DNA of 64,000 nucleotides from Porphyridium purpureum (lineage: Eukaryota): NCBI GenBank assembly GCA_008690995.1, contig VRMN01000002.1, forward strand, positions 186,001 through 250,000, in the 5' to 3' direction. The notes beneath the pieces are model-generated. The model saw only the letters and a list, made by a program, of their open reading frames with translations. It was not told the DNA's origin and made no database searches. Position 1 is the first letter of the stretch, and each line of letters begins with the position of its first letter. Positions 20,728 to 31,354 of the stretch are shown here, piece after piece. The position numbers and the translations under genes were made by a program.

Positions 20728-21918
20728 TTCCGCCGTTCACTGTAAAAGTTTCCTTTTGCACGACTTTGTTGCACCCACCGTAATGACTCTCTGTTCTCCT
20801 CTGCCATCTCCAGCTCCAACGACCTAACCCATGCTGCAAGCTTGACGCACCCTTTTATGTATCGTCGAACCGAGTCGCGCCGTGCCTGACCTCAGCGCAA
20901 TCCCACCGTGCGGCTGCCCCGAGCAGAGACACGCGCACCCACGCGTGCACCCATCCAAGCGCGCACCCACCGCTCGGTAGTCATCGTAGCGCTCGCTCCA
21001 ATCAAGATTCATCACCATGCTACTTCTCGCTCGCATGTGAATCGGCGTACACGTCGAAAATGTCGCGCAACATGCAACTCACGCAACTCTCACCAAGAAC
21101 AGCGCGCGCCGACCGTTCAGAATGCCGACTCGGCGCAGCAGCAAAGCGCGTCGACTCACCCAGACGCAAGTGGCACGCCGTTCATGGCCACCTAACGCCG
21201 CGTGCGCGCGTCAACCTCGCCTACCGAGCGAGCAAGCCAATCAGCGACCAGCGATGACCCGACAATGCTTCGCTTTCACGTGGAAGCGGCGCGAAACCGA
21301 TAACGGACGTCGTGCCTACGTGGTGCGCGCTGCGTCGTCTCGCGGCGCGGTCACGGTTGAATGCGCGCTTGCGGCGGTGCACGGCATCATGAGTGTCCGC
21401 CAACTGCGGCGTGGCGAGGATGTACGACGAACCCGTGGCTCGGTGCACCGTGAATGCGCGAAGCGCGCAAAGCACCGTAAGCACCGTAAGCACCGTACGC
21501 GCGAAGAACATGCGCGCACGAATGACCCGTGCACCCGCATCCCCGCGTCGGGTCTCGGTGCGCTCGTCCAATCAACCGGCCGCTCCGCAGCAAAGTCTTC
21601 TTCGGTCACTTCTTTGCCGCCGCCGCGCAATCCGCACGCGAACGTCGCCGCGCGTCCACGAGATTCTTTCCGCTTCTACAGTTCCGATAAGCCGAACCTT
21701 TTCGGTCCGAGTAACCGTTTGCGCCCCGCAGCGCTCGCGGTCTTCAAACCCTAAAAGCAAAAAGAAAAAAAAGAGAAAAAAGACGCGCGAAATCTCGGTT
21801 CGGCACATGCCGCAGCAGAAGGGCACGACTGGCGCGCGGACGCGCCAAAGCAAACGCCGCCCTTGGAGCATCGAGGCGGCGTGCGTGGCTGGCCTCGTGA
21901 CATCTCGTCCGCGGCACC

Positions 21919-23439
21919 ATGGCCGTGAGTGATCGCCAGATGAGCGAGGCCGTGGCGCTGCTGTCGGCGCCGGGCGCGCAGCCGGCGCTCACGTTCCGCA
22001 TGTTGAGCGCGCGGTGGAATGTGTCGTGCTTGGACGCCCAGACAGCTTTGAGCGAGATGGTGCGCCGCGAGAGCGAGGCGCTCGTGCCGTTCTATGTTGT
22101 GGTCATGAGCGACGCGCAGAACGCCGTCACAAAGTGCAAGCTCGTGCAGGGCACTCATCCGGAGACGACGCAGTGCGTGCTCGAGCTAAAGTCTCAAGGA
22201 TGGACGCTCGACAACGTGTCGATTTTTGGCGTCAGCGCGGCTGCGCGCACGCCTAGCAATGTGCGCGAACTCGCCGACCTGCTCAGCTTTGATGACTTGT
22301 TCGCGCCGCCCGGCGGTGCCTCGAGCAACCGTGAGACGGCCAACAGGATCCGGCCGGTTCCGGTTCCCGGCGCAGCATCGGCGCCCATCATCAGCAAGGC
22401 TTCGTCCGCGCCGTTGAAACCAAGTGCCTCAAGCAAGACGGCTTCATCAGAGCCGAAGAAGAAGAACAAGGAGCCGGTTGCTGTTGGTGCTGCGTCACCC
22501 GCCGGTCCGCAGGCAGACAGCGAGAATGCGATACAAGTCGGGAAACGAGCTGTGCAAAAAAGCGCCCAGATGATCCGAGCCGAGAAGACAGATGTCGAGC
22601 GACTCGCGCAGAACGCAACCAAAATTGAGACCGCAGAGCGCAACATAGCTGGCGAGGAGCAACCCGCGAGAATAAGCCTAGCAGAAAGCCCCAAGGAAAA
22701 CCTGAAGCCGCGCAAAGAAGAGCAGCCCTCTGTCAAGAAGGCGACGGTCGGCACCGAACCCACTGAAAGTCTGCTTGCTACCGCAGTGGCACCGAAGAAA
22801 AAGCGCGTCAAACTAGTCTCTTGCGACGACTCGGACTCGGACAATGATTTCCAAGAGGCACACCGTGCACCAGCTGTCGAAAACCTCGGTCGCGAGGTGG
22901 ACAATACGCCACCCGTGGATGAACCGCCAGCTGCCGTGCTGCAGCGCGAGAAGCGTAAGACAATGGGAGCACCGTTTGCCAAATCGGCCGCGGCTCCGAA
23001 GAAGGGCAAAAGCGATATTCTGTACCTGACGTTTGCCGAGCGGGAACATCTGTTTGCGCGGAACATTGTGGAAGCCGACTTGGACGAAGATATTGCGTTG
23101 TTTTCGAAAAAGCCCGTCGAGCACGTGTACACCAACAAGAAGGGATATATCGTGTCGGATCCAGAGGCGTGGCAAGTGCTGAACAGCCGCGGTGAGGTGG
23201 TGCGTGTGGTGGATAAGAATCTCAACCCGTTCGACGAGCAAAAGGTGAAAAGGGCAAACACCGCATCGGATAAATCTGCCGGGGCCAAACCGAAAGAGGC
23301 GAATGCAGCAGGCTCGGAGTCCAAGAGAAAGGGAGATGGCAGCGGAAAGGCGAGCGCCGCGAGTGCCCCCGCCAAAGGCTCCAAGAAGGATACTGGCAAG
23401 CCGCAGCAGTCCATTACGTCTTTTTTCAAGAAGAAGTGA
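21919..23439 (+). CDS. POLD3: DNA polymerase delta subunit 3 (Cdc27/Pol32-like)
   Basis: N-terminal LTFRMLSARWNV..AQTAL winged-helix-like region, long disordered middle, KKGYIVS block, C-terminal PIP box QQSITSFFKKK. Confidence 0.75.
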   Translation: MAVSDRQMSEAVALLSAPGAQPALTFRMLSARWNVSCLDAQTALSEMVRRESEALVPFYVVVMSDAQNAVTKCKLVQGTHPETTQCVLELKSQGWTLDNVSIFGVSAAARTPSNVRELADLLSFDDLFAPPGGASSNRETANRIRPVPVPGAASAPIISKASSAPLKPSASSKTASSEPKKKNKEPVAVGAASPAGPQADSENAIQVGKRAVQKSAQMIRAEKTDVERLAQNATKIETAERNIAGEEQPARISLAESPKENLKPRKEEQPSVKKATVGTEPTESLLATAVAPKKKRVKLVSCDDSDSDNDFQEAHRAPAVENLGREVDNTPPVDEPPAAVLQREKRKTMGAPFAKSAAAPKKGKSDILYLTFAEREHLFARNIVEADLDEDIALFSKKPVEHVYTNKKGYIVSDPEAWQVLNSRGEVVRVVDKNLNPFDEQKVKRANTASDKSAGAKPKEANAAGSESKRKGDGSGKASAASAPAKGSKKDTGKPQQSITSFFKKK

Positions 23440-23551
23440 TCTTGCCACTCGATTCTCCTCCGTGTGAGGCTTGGCCCCGGTTGTCAAGCATGGCGAAGTC
23501 TAGTTGCTTCCGACCAGCCCTCGTTCTGCAGGAGAAAGCTCAATTTACTCG

Positions 23552-24433
23552 CTACAGATTCTTCTTCCCGTACACGTCTTCCTCCTTCTCTTCCTTGTGC
23601 GCGCCATTGGGGTCCTTGAAGGTTCCAAAAATCCAGTCCCACACGATGAAGTACTGGCCATAGTTGCTCTTAAATGTTGTGTGGTGAATGTTGTGATGCG
23701 CAGCGCCATTCACCAGCGGTATGTTCAGCGTCGTTCTGTCGTGGATATTGACCGTCCACAACCCGACGGCAGCGAGCGACACCAGGTGCATCGTCGCGTG
23801 GAACGGAAAGCAAAAGACAAAGACCTGATAGGCAATGCCCTGCAAGAAGCCGTCGATCGGGTGGAACGCGAATGCTGCGAACGGCGTGGTGTGGATAAAG
23901 CTGTGATGCCACTTGTGGCAATATTTGTACACCGCTGGATGATGCAGACCCCGATGGATAAAGTAGATCAGCGTGTCTGAGAAGACGAGGAAGAGGATTG
24001 GCGATACGAGCAAATACAGCCATCCGTACTCACTCACGTCGTGGTAAATCTTGCCGTACCCGAGCTGGAACGCCACCTCTGCAGGCGTGGTGAGCGCGGC
24101 CATGACCAATAAACTCCACGAGCTGAGCCACATTTCGCGGCGCATTTCCTTAAGATTCGGTTGGTAGTGTGGCACGAAGCGCTCCTTGTACCGCACAAAC
24201 ACGACGTAATAGTCCAAGCCCGCGAACGCAAAGTACAGCAGAATCGAGCCGAGGTACGTGAACAACCACGTGATGATAGCTCTTCTGACGAGGCCCATTC
24301 CGGCCGACGCCGCGCTGCCGATACCCGGCGGCTGCTGCATCAGCAAGCCATCCACCACATGGTCGCTGGCAAACTGCACGCACGCGTCAAACGACACGGT
24401 ATTCACGCGCGCCACCACCCCTATCAAATCCAT
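23552..24433 (-). CDS. ERG3: Delta7-sterol C5-desaturase (lathosterol oxidase)
   Basis: His boxes HRGLH, HKWHH, HHNIHH; TPFAAFAFHPIDG; NYGQYF..WD. Confidence 0.9.
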   Translation of the reverse strand: MDLIGVVARVNTVSFDACVQFASDHVVDGLLMQQPPGIGSAASAGMGLVRRAIITWLFTYLGSILLYFAFAGLDYYVVFVRYKERFVPHYQPNLKEMRREMWLSSWSLLVMAALTTPAEVAFQLGYGKIYHDVSEYGWLYLLVSPILFLVFSDTLIYFIHRGLHHPAVYKYCHKWHHSFIHTTPFAAFAFHPIDGFLQGIAYQVFVFCFPFHATMHLVSLAAVGLWTVNIHDRTTLNIPLVNGAAHHNIHHTTFKSNYGQYFIVWDWIFGTFKDPNGAHKEEKEEDVYGKKNL

Positions 24434-25114
24434 GGGCCTCACCACGTCTCACCACCACGCTCTCCTCCGTCCCACCTCCTCTTCCTTCTCTCTCTCCCTC
24501 GCTCGCTCTCTCCATTCTTTCGCTTCCCCCACTTTCCTCCGCATCTTCCATACCAAACGCCACAAACACACGAAAAACAGCGGAGCCGGAGTAAACCGGA
24601 AAAAGGCCAGAAAAGATCCGCGCTGAACACACCAGCGCGCCGTTTCACGAAAACGTGCGCACGCTCCGACTCTACCAAAACACGCCGCTCTTCTCATCGA
24701 AGCGGAAAAGTACAGTGCACCACGACCACCACTCGGCTACAACACACGTACAAAAAGCCCGTACCGGCTCCGCAAGCCAGCCGCCTGGCCACCACACAAA
24801 CAAAGAATGAAGATTACAATAATCGGCGCGCGAGTGTGTTAATTAATGGAAGTTTAAGTGAAAGAATCGGCGTACTGTGCCGAGCTGTACTTGTGCTAAG
24901 GGTTGGGTACTGTGGTTGGGTTTGTTGAGTGCGAGGGTGGAGCCAACTGGGCGTGCGGATTCACGCGATGTCGACAGCAATGTGCGGGGGGAGAGGGAGG
25001 ACAGGACGTGGAGGGACACACAGAGAGGCACATACAAATAGGCAGGCAGGCAGACAGGCAGACAGCGCGCGCGCGCGAGATCAAGTAGGGTTGCAAGAGC
25101 GGTAAGCGTGTGTG

Positions 25115-25897
25115 ATGGTGGAGCGACGCGCGAGTGCGTACGTGGTTGCGCACGCAGGCGGACTGGGCGGTAGAACTGCGGCGGCGGCGTTGCTGTGTGA
25201 TCGTTATGGTGCGCGGGATGTGAGGCGGCAGCGCCGGGTGGCGCCGGCTGCGGCCGACTCGGTGCGGGCTGCCGCGGGAAGCATGACAATGAAGACGACG
25301 TTGTATCAGGCACGCTCCGGGCCCAAGTTGAGAGAGCTGTTGAGCAAGGACGACGCGACGGTGTACGACCTTGATTCGAACGCGGTGGACCTGGTGGCGA
25401 ACGCCATCGAGGGCGCGCCCAGCGGCGCCGTGCTGGTGTGGATGCGCCACTACGGCTGCGTGCTGTGTAAGCAATTGCTTGCAAGCGTGCAGAAAGAGAT
25501 CGAGAGGGAAGCCGCCAGCCTGGGCTACGCGCTGGTGGCCGTCGGCCCGGGAAAGCCAGAGCAGGCCGAGCAGTTCAAAGCCAAGGTCGAGTGGAAGCAT
25601 AAGGTCCTGTCAGACCCGCTGCGCACGACCTATCGCGCGCTCAATTTCAAAAAGGGTATGTTCAACACGTTTAATCTTGGTGGGCTCAAAAGCATGGTCA
25701 GCTCGTTCGCGCAAGGTTACACTCAAGATTGGACCGTCATCCCCACAGACCCGTTCGCACTGGGAGGACTGCTAGTGGTGGACGCAGACGGAACAGTCAT
25801 CCTCAACCACATCGATGACTTTGCGGGCGACCACCCAGACATGAAATTGGTGAAGAACGCCATGCGCGAGTTTGCGAGCCCAAATCTTGTCAAGTAA
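25115..25897 (+). CDS. AhpC/TSA peroxiredoxin-like 2 family protein (Cys form, CxxC)
   Basis: VLVWMRHYGCVLC, LVAVG, VLSDPLRTTYRALNF, LGGLLVV, AGDHP. Alternative start at 25283. Confidence 0.85.
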   Translation: MVERRASAYVVAHAGGLGGRTAAAALLCDRYGARDVRRQRRVAPAAADSVRAAAGSMTMKTTLYQARSGPKLRELLSKDDATVYDLDSNAVDLVANAIEGAPSGAVLVWMRHYGCVLCKQLLASVQKEIEREAASLGYALVAVGPGKPEQAEQFKAKVEWKHKVLSDPLRTTYRALNFKKGMFNTFNLGGLKSMVSSFAQGYTQDWTVIPTDPFALGGLLVVDADGTVILNHIDDFAGDHPDMKLVKNAMREFASPNLVK

Positions 25898-25987
25898 AGG
25901 GCAAAATGTGTAAACGCGAGACCCCGGCCATTTTCACGACCAGGAAAGCCGAAAAGGAAGGGGGCGTCTGTCATCGGCCCCTGTGAT

Positions 25988-27364
25988 CTATGGCGTCGCG
26001 AAGCGGACGAGGAGCGCATGTACAGCCAGACCAAGGAACGTGGCAATCGCATTCCCGAAGTGTCCCACCAGCATCGCAGGCACAACGAGTTCGTGCCAAT
26101 TCTTACCGACGGCCAGGGCAGACGCAGTCTGCGGGTTGCCAATGTTTGCACTAGACGCTATGACAAGATGGCGCACTGGAAATCGAAACACGCGCCGGCC
26201 GAATGTCCACAGAAACGCCAAGTGGAAAATATAAAGTAGTATGCAAAACGGTATGAACGCACGGAACGGCCCAGAGAACGCTGCGAGCCACTTGCCCCCT
26301 GCCGCACCGGCAGATGCAAAGTAAATGTACAATAGCACCCCGCCCACTACTTCGCCAGCCTCAATCAATGGTCGCGTGACGCTGGGAAGGACGCTTGCAA
26401 GCAAAACGGTGATCAGCGTCGATACAGGCATTGAATAGCCAGGCGCCAACCTGTCGGCCACCAAGTTGACGAGTGCCGAGAGCGCCAGTGCTTGCAAAAC
26501 GCCGCTCACTGTGCACGGGTCTGCAAGTGAGGGCTCAGCGGGCGAACGTGTCCGTTGCTGCCATGTCTCGCTTTCCTTTTCAGCCCATTCCGCGTTTTCT
26601 TCAGTTGCCATGCGGCCAAGTTCATTTCGCGTGTCGTGCTCATACCGCTCCGCCAGCCACGCCAGCAGAGGAAAATAAACTAGCCCAACCACATTGTCGA
26701 TCGCCAATCCTGTGCTCGTTGCGGCTCCAGACAATTCCAATGTGCTGGCGACCGCGACATAATTCAGCCCTCCGCCAATGTTTTTCGCCACCAGCGCGGC
26801 TACGAGTTTGGCTGCGTCGTGCCCTTGCAATCCTCGCGCACAAAGCAAGTACGCACCAAGCGATCCGCACAGCGTGGCCACACTTCCCAGAAGGAATGCG
26901 TTGAGCAGCCTTCCGGATTGGTGCCGCACGGTACGCCAATTGGCCTGGAAGAGCAGCAGCGGGGTGGCGAGTTTGACGAGCGCAACCTGCAGCGCAGCAT
27001 AGTACGGGCCCGGTGGTGGCAGCACGTTCCACGCGCCAGGCAGCCCGTTGGCAAGCAAAGAGGACATCAGCATGGCCAAAATAGGACCGGAGAACGCACG
27101 GCCCAGGGCCGTATGCGTGGCAGCCTGCACACTTGCCGCCGCAATTAAAACAAGAGCCGAAACATGCTGCAGCGAAAGCGTCGCCTGCGCCGATACTGCC
27201 GCACCAAGCACTGGATGCGCGCGTACGGGCATCACCAGCGTCGACCGATCTCGCCGCCTCCCTTTCAGCACGCGGGGCATGCGGGCAGATGTGCAGCTAG
27301 CATGCCGCAGCGCCGCGCATGATGCACTCGGAAGATGGACGAATCCACCCAGGCAGTCGCCCAT
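25988..27364 (-). CDS. DUF819-family multi-pass membrane protein, probably plastid-targeted
   Basis: About 10 hydrophobic segments; PLLLF.AN, NIGGGLNYVAV, IASSANIGNPQTA are typical DUF819 motifs. Confidence 0.78.
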   Translation of the reverse strand: MGDCLGGFVHLPSASCAALRHASCTSARMPRVLKGRRRDRSTLVMPVRAHPVLGAAVSAQATLSLQHVSALVLIAAASVQAATHTALGRAFSGPILAMLMSSLLANGLPGAWNVLPPPGPYYAALQVALVKLATPLLLFQANWRTVRHQSGRLLNAFLLGSVATLCGSLGAYLLCARGLQGHDAAKLVAALVAKNIGGGLNYVAVASTLELSGAATSTGLAIDNVVGLVYFPLLAWLAERYEHDTRNELGRMATEENAEWAEKESETWQQRTRSPAEPSLADPCTVSGVLQALALSALVNLVADRLAPGYSMPVSTLITVLLASVLPSVTRPLIEAGEVVGGVLLYIYFASAGAAGGKWLAAFSGPFRAFIPFCILLYIFHLAFLWTFGRRVFRFPVRHLVIASSANIGNPQTASALAVGKNWHELVVPAMLVGHFGNAIATFLGLAVHALLVRFATP

Positions 27365-27634
27365 GTTTAAGTTTGCCCATCCGTCCCTATGGAACTGGCG
27401 ATTGAATGGTCGGCGTCAGTCAATGGCTTCTAGTAAAGATTCACATGCTTTACTATTATTACAGGGAGGGACATAACTTTGCTGGCTTGACGCATGTCTC
27501 GTTTGATGCGGGCGATGCCTCCTCGTGCGACACAAACCGAGAATCGGACCGGCTGCGCGTGACTTCCCGAGGAACGCCGCAGCATCCATTGTCAACATGG
27601 CTGTGACCGCAAAACAACGAGGCGCGCCTCACGC

Positions 27635-28026
27635 TCAAGACTTTTTGAAAGTGTCCGAGAAGAGCAACGTGTCCTTTGTATACGCCATGTTTGCGATCAC
27701 CGATATGCCCGCGGCAAGTCCGAGCACCAGAAGCACGCTTGTCCAAAACGTGATTTGAAAAATTTCGGAATCCATCTGTAAAGCTCGCCAACACGTACAG
27801 CCACAACCGGCGGTTTTCCCTTGGATATCACGAACACGCGCACACGCGCACGAGTACACGGGGCCCCCTTTCCGCTGCAGATTTGCCGCGCCAAGTTCCC
27901 GATTTGTTGCCAAGCCTTCCCGCCTCTTCCCGTTCGCGCTGCCGCTACTCTCTTCTCCTTCTCGCTTCACGTCCAGCGCCGTTAACCGTTTAAATGGTGT
28001 ACACTTACTGTACCTACTCCGCTCAT
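27635..28026 (-). CDS. Two-exon 52-aa single-TM microprotein resembling the TM/tail of V-ATPase accessory protein ATP6AP2
   Basis: Exon 1 28026-28009 (MSGVGT), GTAAGT donor, intron 28008-27776 ending TTTACAG, exon 2 27775-27635 (MDSEIFQITFWTSVLLVLGLAAGISVIANMAYTKDTLLFSDTFKKS). Confidence 0.6.
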
Positions 28027-28166
28027 GTCGCACGTAAGCTTTACAATTTACAGTTAACCACACGCGCAAGCGCAACTCGATGCGTGTGGGGTGCGCCTTC
28101 CTCTCCCGGCTTGTTGTATACACATGCAGCTGCCACGCGCACGCCATGGTTCATGCGGTGAGTGGC

Positions 28167-30818
28167 TCACGCTCTGTCAATGCCATTTCCGCGGCCGCGG
28201 CCGCTGCGGCCGCGGGACACTGAACCCGCCGCATTCCAGCTCCAACCGCGCCCGCGACCGCGTGCTCCGGAAGCCGCGGCGCGCCGTGCCGCGACGTCGG
28301 AGCTTCCGTCTGAGGATGATTCCTGGATCGCGTCAACTTCAACGCGCGCGTCGTCGCCGGTATCCGCGTCATCGCGGTTCGCTAGGACGGACGCGCGAGC
28401 GCGCGTAGAGGCCGACCGCTTCTGCGACACGGGTGCACGCGCTTCCTCGCTGCCCGACTCGGCCACCACCTGCACGTCGCTGTCTTCATCGCGATCATAA
28501 TTGGCGCGGCTTGTCTTCTTGTTCGCAGAGGTGCGCGCAGTCGATCGAGCGGCAGAGGCGGATGCAAGTGCTCCGCGTCCACGCGCGCCGCGCCCTGCCA
28601 AGCTGCCGCGACCGCGCCCGCGTCCTCGGCCACGCGCTGGCGCGGTCACATCAGAGTCCGCATCATCGTCGGCAGACTCATCCGAGTCCATGAATCTGCT
28701 GCCGCCCTTTCGAGCCGAGGCCGCAGCGGAGGGGTCGCCAGAGGTCGGCTGCGCATTCACGTGCGGGAGGCTGCAAATCACCCTCTCGATTTCCACGTGC
28801 CGGTCCGTCCCACCGGAGCGCAAGCCGTGCAGTCCGCCCTCGCGCTCTCTGAGCGCCGCAACACGTGCCGCAGCCGCGTCTTTGCACATGCGCTCGACCT
28901 GTTCCGCCTCGTCCAGTGGCACATCGCCCTTGGCCATTGCGTCAGTCGCCGTACGCCCAGCGGCTTCTACCAGCGCGCCAAACGCACCGGTTTCTTGCTT
29001 GTACACAAAGCGAAACATCGCATCCAGCACTTCCTCTTTGGACAGGGTCACAAAGCGCTGCTTGTCCAAACAGTACCCGACCAAATCCATCATGTTAATA
29101 TCCTCCGCGTCTTCGGCGTCAAAGCGCTTGCGCTTCAGCTTGTCTACCATTTGCTTGACCGTGAGCCCAGCGTCTTCGTGTGCCTCGCCAGTCGCGTCCC
29201 GGACGGTTGGACGACGCACCACTGGAGCGCGCGGCTTTGAAAACAGCACCAGGTCCATCGAGTTGGCCACTCGGTTCACGAATTTCTGGCCGAACCGGAC
29301 CGAGCTGAATGTGGCATAGTCGCCGTTGTGGTCCAGCCGCAAGCGGATGAGCGGCACGCTGACGTCGTCTAAGTCCAAGAAGCGCCGGTAGAACGGGACA
29401 TGCGGAAAGTGCTTTCCCACGATGCTCTTCCGCACCGACCAGTCGCGACTGGACTGCGCCAAAATGGCCTCGATGCGCTTCTCGGCAAACGCTTCGATCC
29501 CAGCGGCGTCGTGCGGCTCTAGCGCCTCTTCGTCCGTGAGATTCACGGTCTGAAAGTAGAATGGGCGCGTCGTTAGAAGCGGGATTTTGTCAAACTTGAA
29601 CGCCATGCCTCGAATCGTGAGCATCGCGACGTGCTTCGGCACTGCTTCGGCCTCGCACAGCGATGTCGCCACCGAGGAGCCCGGCTGCGTCACCGCAGGG
29701 TGGCCGCCTTCGAGCTCGACGCGACACTCGTGCTCGTGGCCCCACAGCACCATGTCCATCCACTCAGGTAGCATATGCGGGCTCACCGCCTTTTTGCTGC
29801 CACGCACGGCGCGGTCCTGATGCAGCGCGAGGAGGTTGAACCACGTCTTTCGGTGTGCCTCTTCCTCCGGTGACATCCAGTTGATCTCACCCTTTCCCAT
29901 CTTTTCATGGAGCTGCTCGTCGCGCATGTTTCCAAGCCCATACAGCGCAAGTCGCGTGATGCCCTTGGTGATGAGCAGTGGTTCCACCTGCACAGTCTCG
30001 CCCTTGCCAAACACGCCAAAGTAGTTGATGACGCCGTTCTCGGCCAACTCGTCAAGCGAGCTAATGTACGGCCGGTTCGCGCTGGCCGCCGACGGATCGT
30101 CGTGGTTGCCGTGAATCGCAAAGACCGGCATGCTCACTTTGAGATGCGGGCTCAGGAAATTAAAGGGGCGCCCTTCACTCGCCGAGCCAGCCACGGTCAA
30201 GGGGAACTTGGGCGGCTCGCCCTTCCACGAATACGAGTGCAGAATCTGGTAGGCATCAAGCATGCTTGCCTTGCTGGGCCGATTCAAATGAAACAAGTCG
30301 CCTCCATGCACCAGCATGTCTGCCTTGTACTCGCGCGCGAGCGCGAGCGCCTCCTCAAACGCTCGGAACGAGTCTGGCGCGCGAATGGTGTCCGACTCGG
30401 CGTATCCCAGGTGCGTGTCTGTAATCAGAAACACGCGCAGCTCGTCGGGATCATCCTCGTTTGCCGTGCAGTCTGGCGGCTCCCCCAACGACACCGCTCG
30501 CGACGCCGGCCGCGCGTCGACTTGCCCATCCCGCGGCGACGAGTCCGCGCGGCGGCCGCGCGCCGCACCAACATGCCTACTTTCCTCGAGCGCCAGACCT
30601 GCCGAATCCTGCGAGTCCTCACCTTCGTCACACACCACCGAGCGAGCGTGCTCGTCTGCACTGTGCGGCTCGGCGCGCACGCGGCGCCTCTTTGTCACGG
30701 CACGGACCGCATCCTCACTAGCGTCAGAATCAGACCCTACCAGCCTGAGATCCGCGGCCGAAGTACCTCCCGCACGGCGCTTCCCAATGGACCCTCGACC
30801 GCCTCCGGCCCTCCCCAT
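28167..30818 (-). CDS. MRE11: Double-strand break repair nuclease MRE11
   Basis: Phosphoesterase motifs TDTHLG, GGDLFH, IHGNHDD, HQDR, WGHEHEC; QPGSSVATSL, PLIRLR, RFGQKFVNRVAN; C-terminal RG-rich (GAR) tail. Confidence 0.95.
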   Translation of the reverse strand: MGRAGGGRGSIGKRRAGGTSAADLRLVGSDSDASEDAVRAVTKRRRVRAEPHSADEHARSVVCDEGEDSQDSAGLALEESRHVGAARGRRADSSPRDGQVDARPASRAVSLGEPPDCTANEDDPDELRVFLITDTHLGYAESDTIRAPDSFRAFEEALALAREYKADMLVHGGDLFHLNRPSKASMLDAYQILHSYSWKGEPPKFPLTVAGSASEGRPFNFLSPHLKVSMPVFAIHGNHDDPSAASANRPYISSLDELAENGVINYFGVFGKGETVQVEPLLITKGITRLALYGLGNMRDEQLHEKMGKGEINWMSPEEEAHRKTWFNLLALHQDRAVRGSKKAVSPHMLPEWMDMVLWGHEHECRVELEGGHPAVTQPGSSVATSLCEAEAVPKHVAMLTIRGMAFKFDKIPLLTTRPFYFQTVNLTDEEALEPHDAAGIEAFAEKRIEAILAQSSRDWSVRKSIVGKHFPHVPFYRRFLDLDDVSVPLIRLRLDHNGDYATFSSVRFGQKFVNRVANSMDLVLFSKPRAPVVRRPTVRDATGEAHEDAGLTVKQMVDKLKRKRFDAEDAEDINMMDLVGYCLDKQRFVTLSKEEVLDAMFRFVYKQETGAFGALVEAAGRTATDAMAKGDVPLDEAEQVERMCKDAAAARVAALREREGGLHGLRSGGTDRHVEIERVICSLPHVNAQPTSGDPSAAASARKGGSRFMDSDESADDDADSDVTAPARGRGRGRGRGSLAGRGARGRGALASASAARSTARTSANKKTSRANYDRDEDSDVQVVAESGSEEARAPVSQKRSASTRARASVLANRDDADTGDDARVEVDAIQESSSDGSSDVAARRAAASGARGRGRGWSWNAAGSVSRGRSGRGRGNGIDRA

Positions 30819-31167
30819 CCGCACACCACAACACTCATCCCTTTCCCTTCTCGTTCCCCTGCCCCCCTTCCCCCCTCCGCATCTTCTCTCCCGCACCAAA
30901 CCCTCACCCACCGTACCCCCCATCCCGTCAACTGTACACCCCTTCCGCGCATCCACTGTACACCCGTCAACCACGCATCGCGCGAAAGTGCCCGCACGGA
31001 AAGCCCATCGAAATCGGACTTGAAATCGAACCTGAAATCAAAGCGGCGCGCGTTTTGTCACGCTGTGCGTCGACAAACTGTACCTCGTCGGAGTGCCAAC
31101 CATGCATATACAAACGATGGCGTTTAGCTATGGGTGCAGTGTAGGGTTACTCCGCGGCTGCATCGGG

Positions 31168-31354
31168 TGTTATAAAATCCACTTTCAACTTTATAGAAAG
31201 TCTACTGTTGGCAAAGTTGAACGTGACACCCCTACCGAATGGGTCTAAGAGATCGGCGCCTCGGCCGTCCCGGCAGCGGCGCCTATGCAGGCACCTGCTG
31301 CTTCTTCGTCGTGCGGTTCATCTGTCGGTAGCTGTACCGCCGTGTTCTTCAACA
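31168..31354 (-). repeat. 3' LTR
   Basis: TGTTATAAAA...TTCTTCAACA, identical to 36468-36654. Confidence 0.96.
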
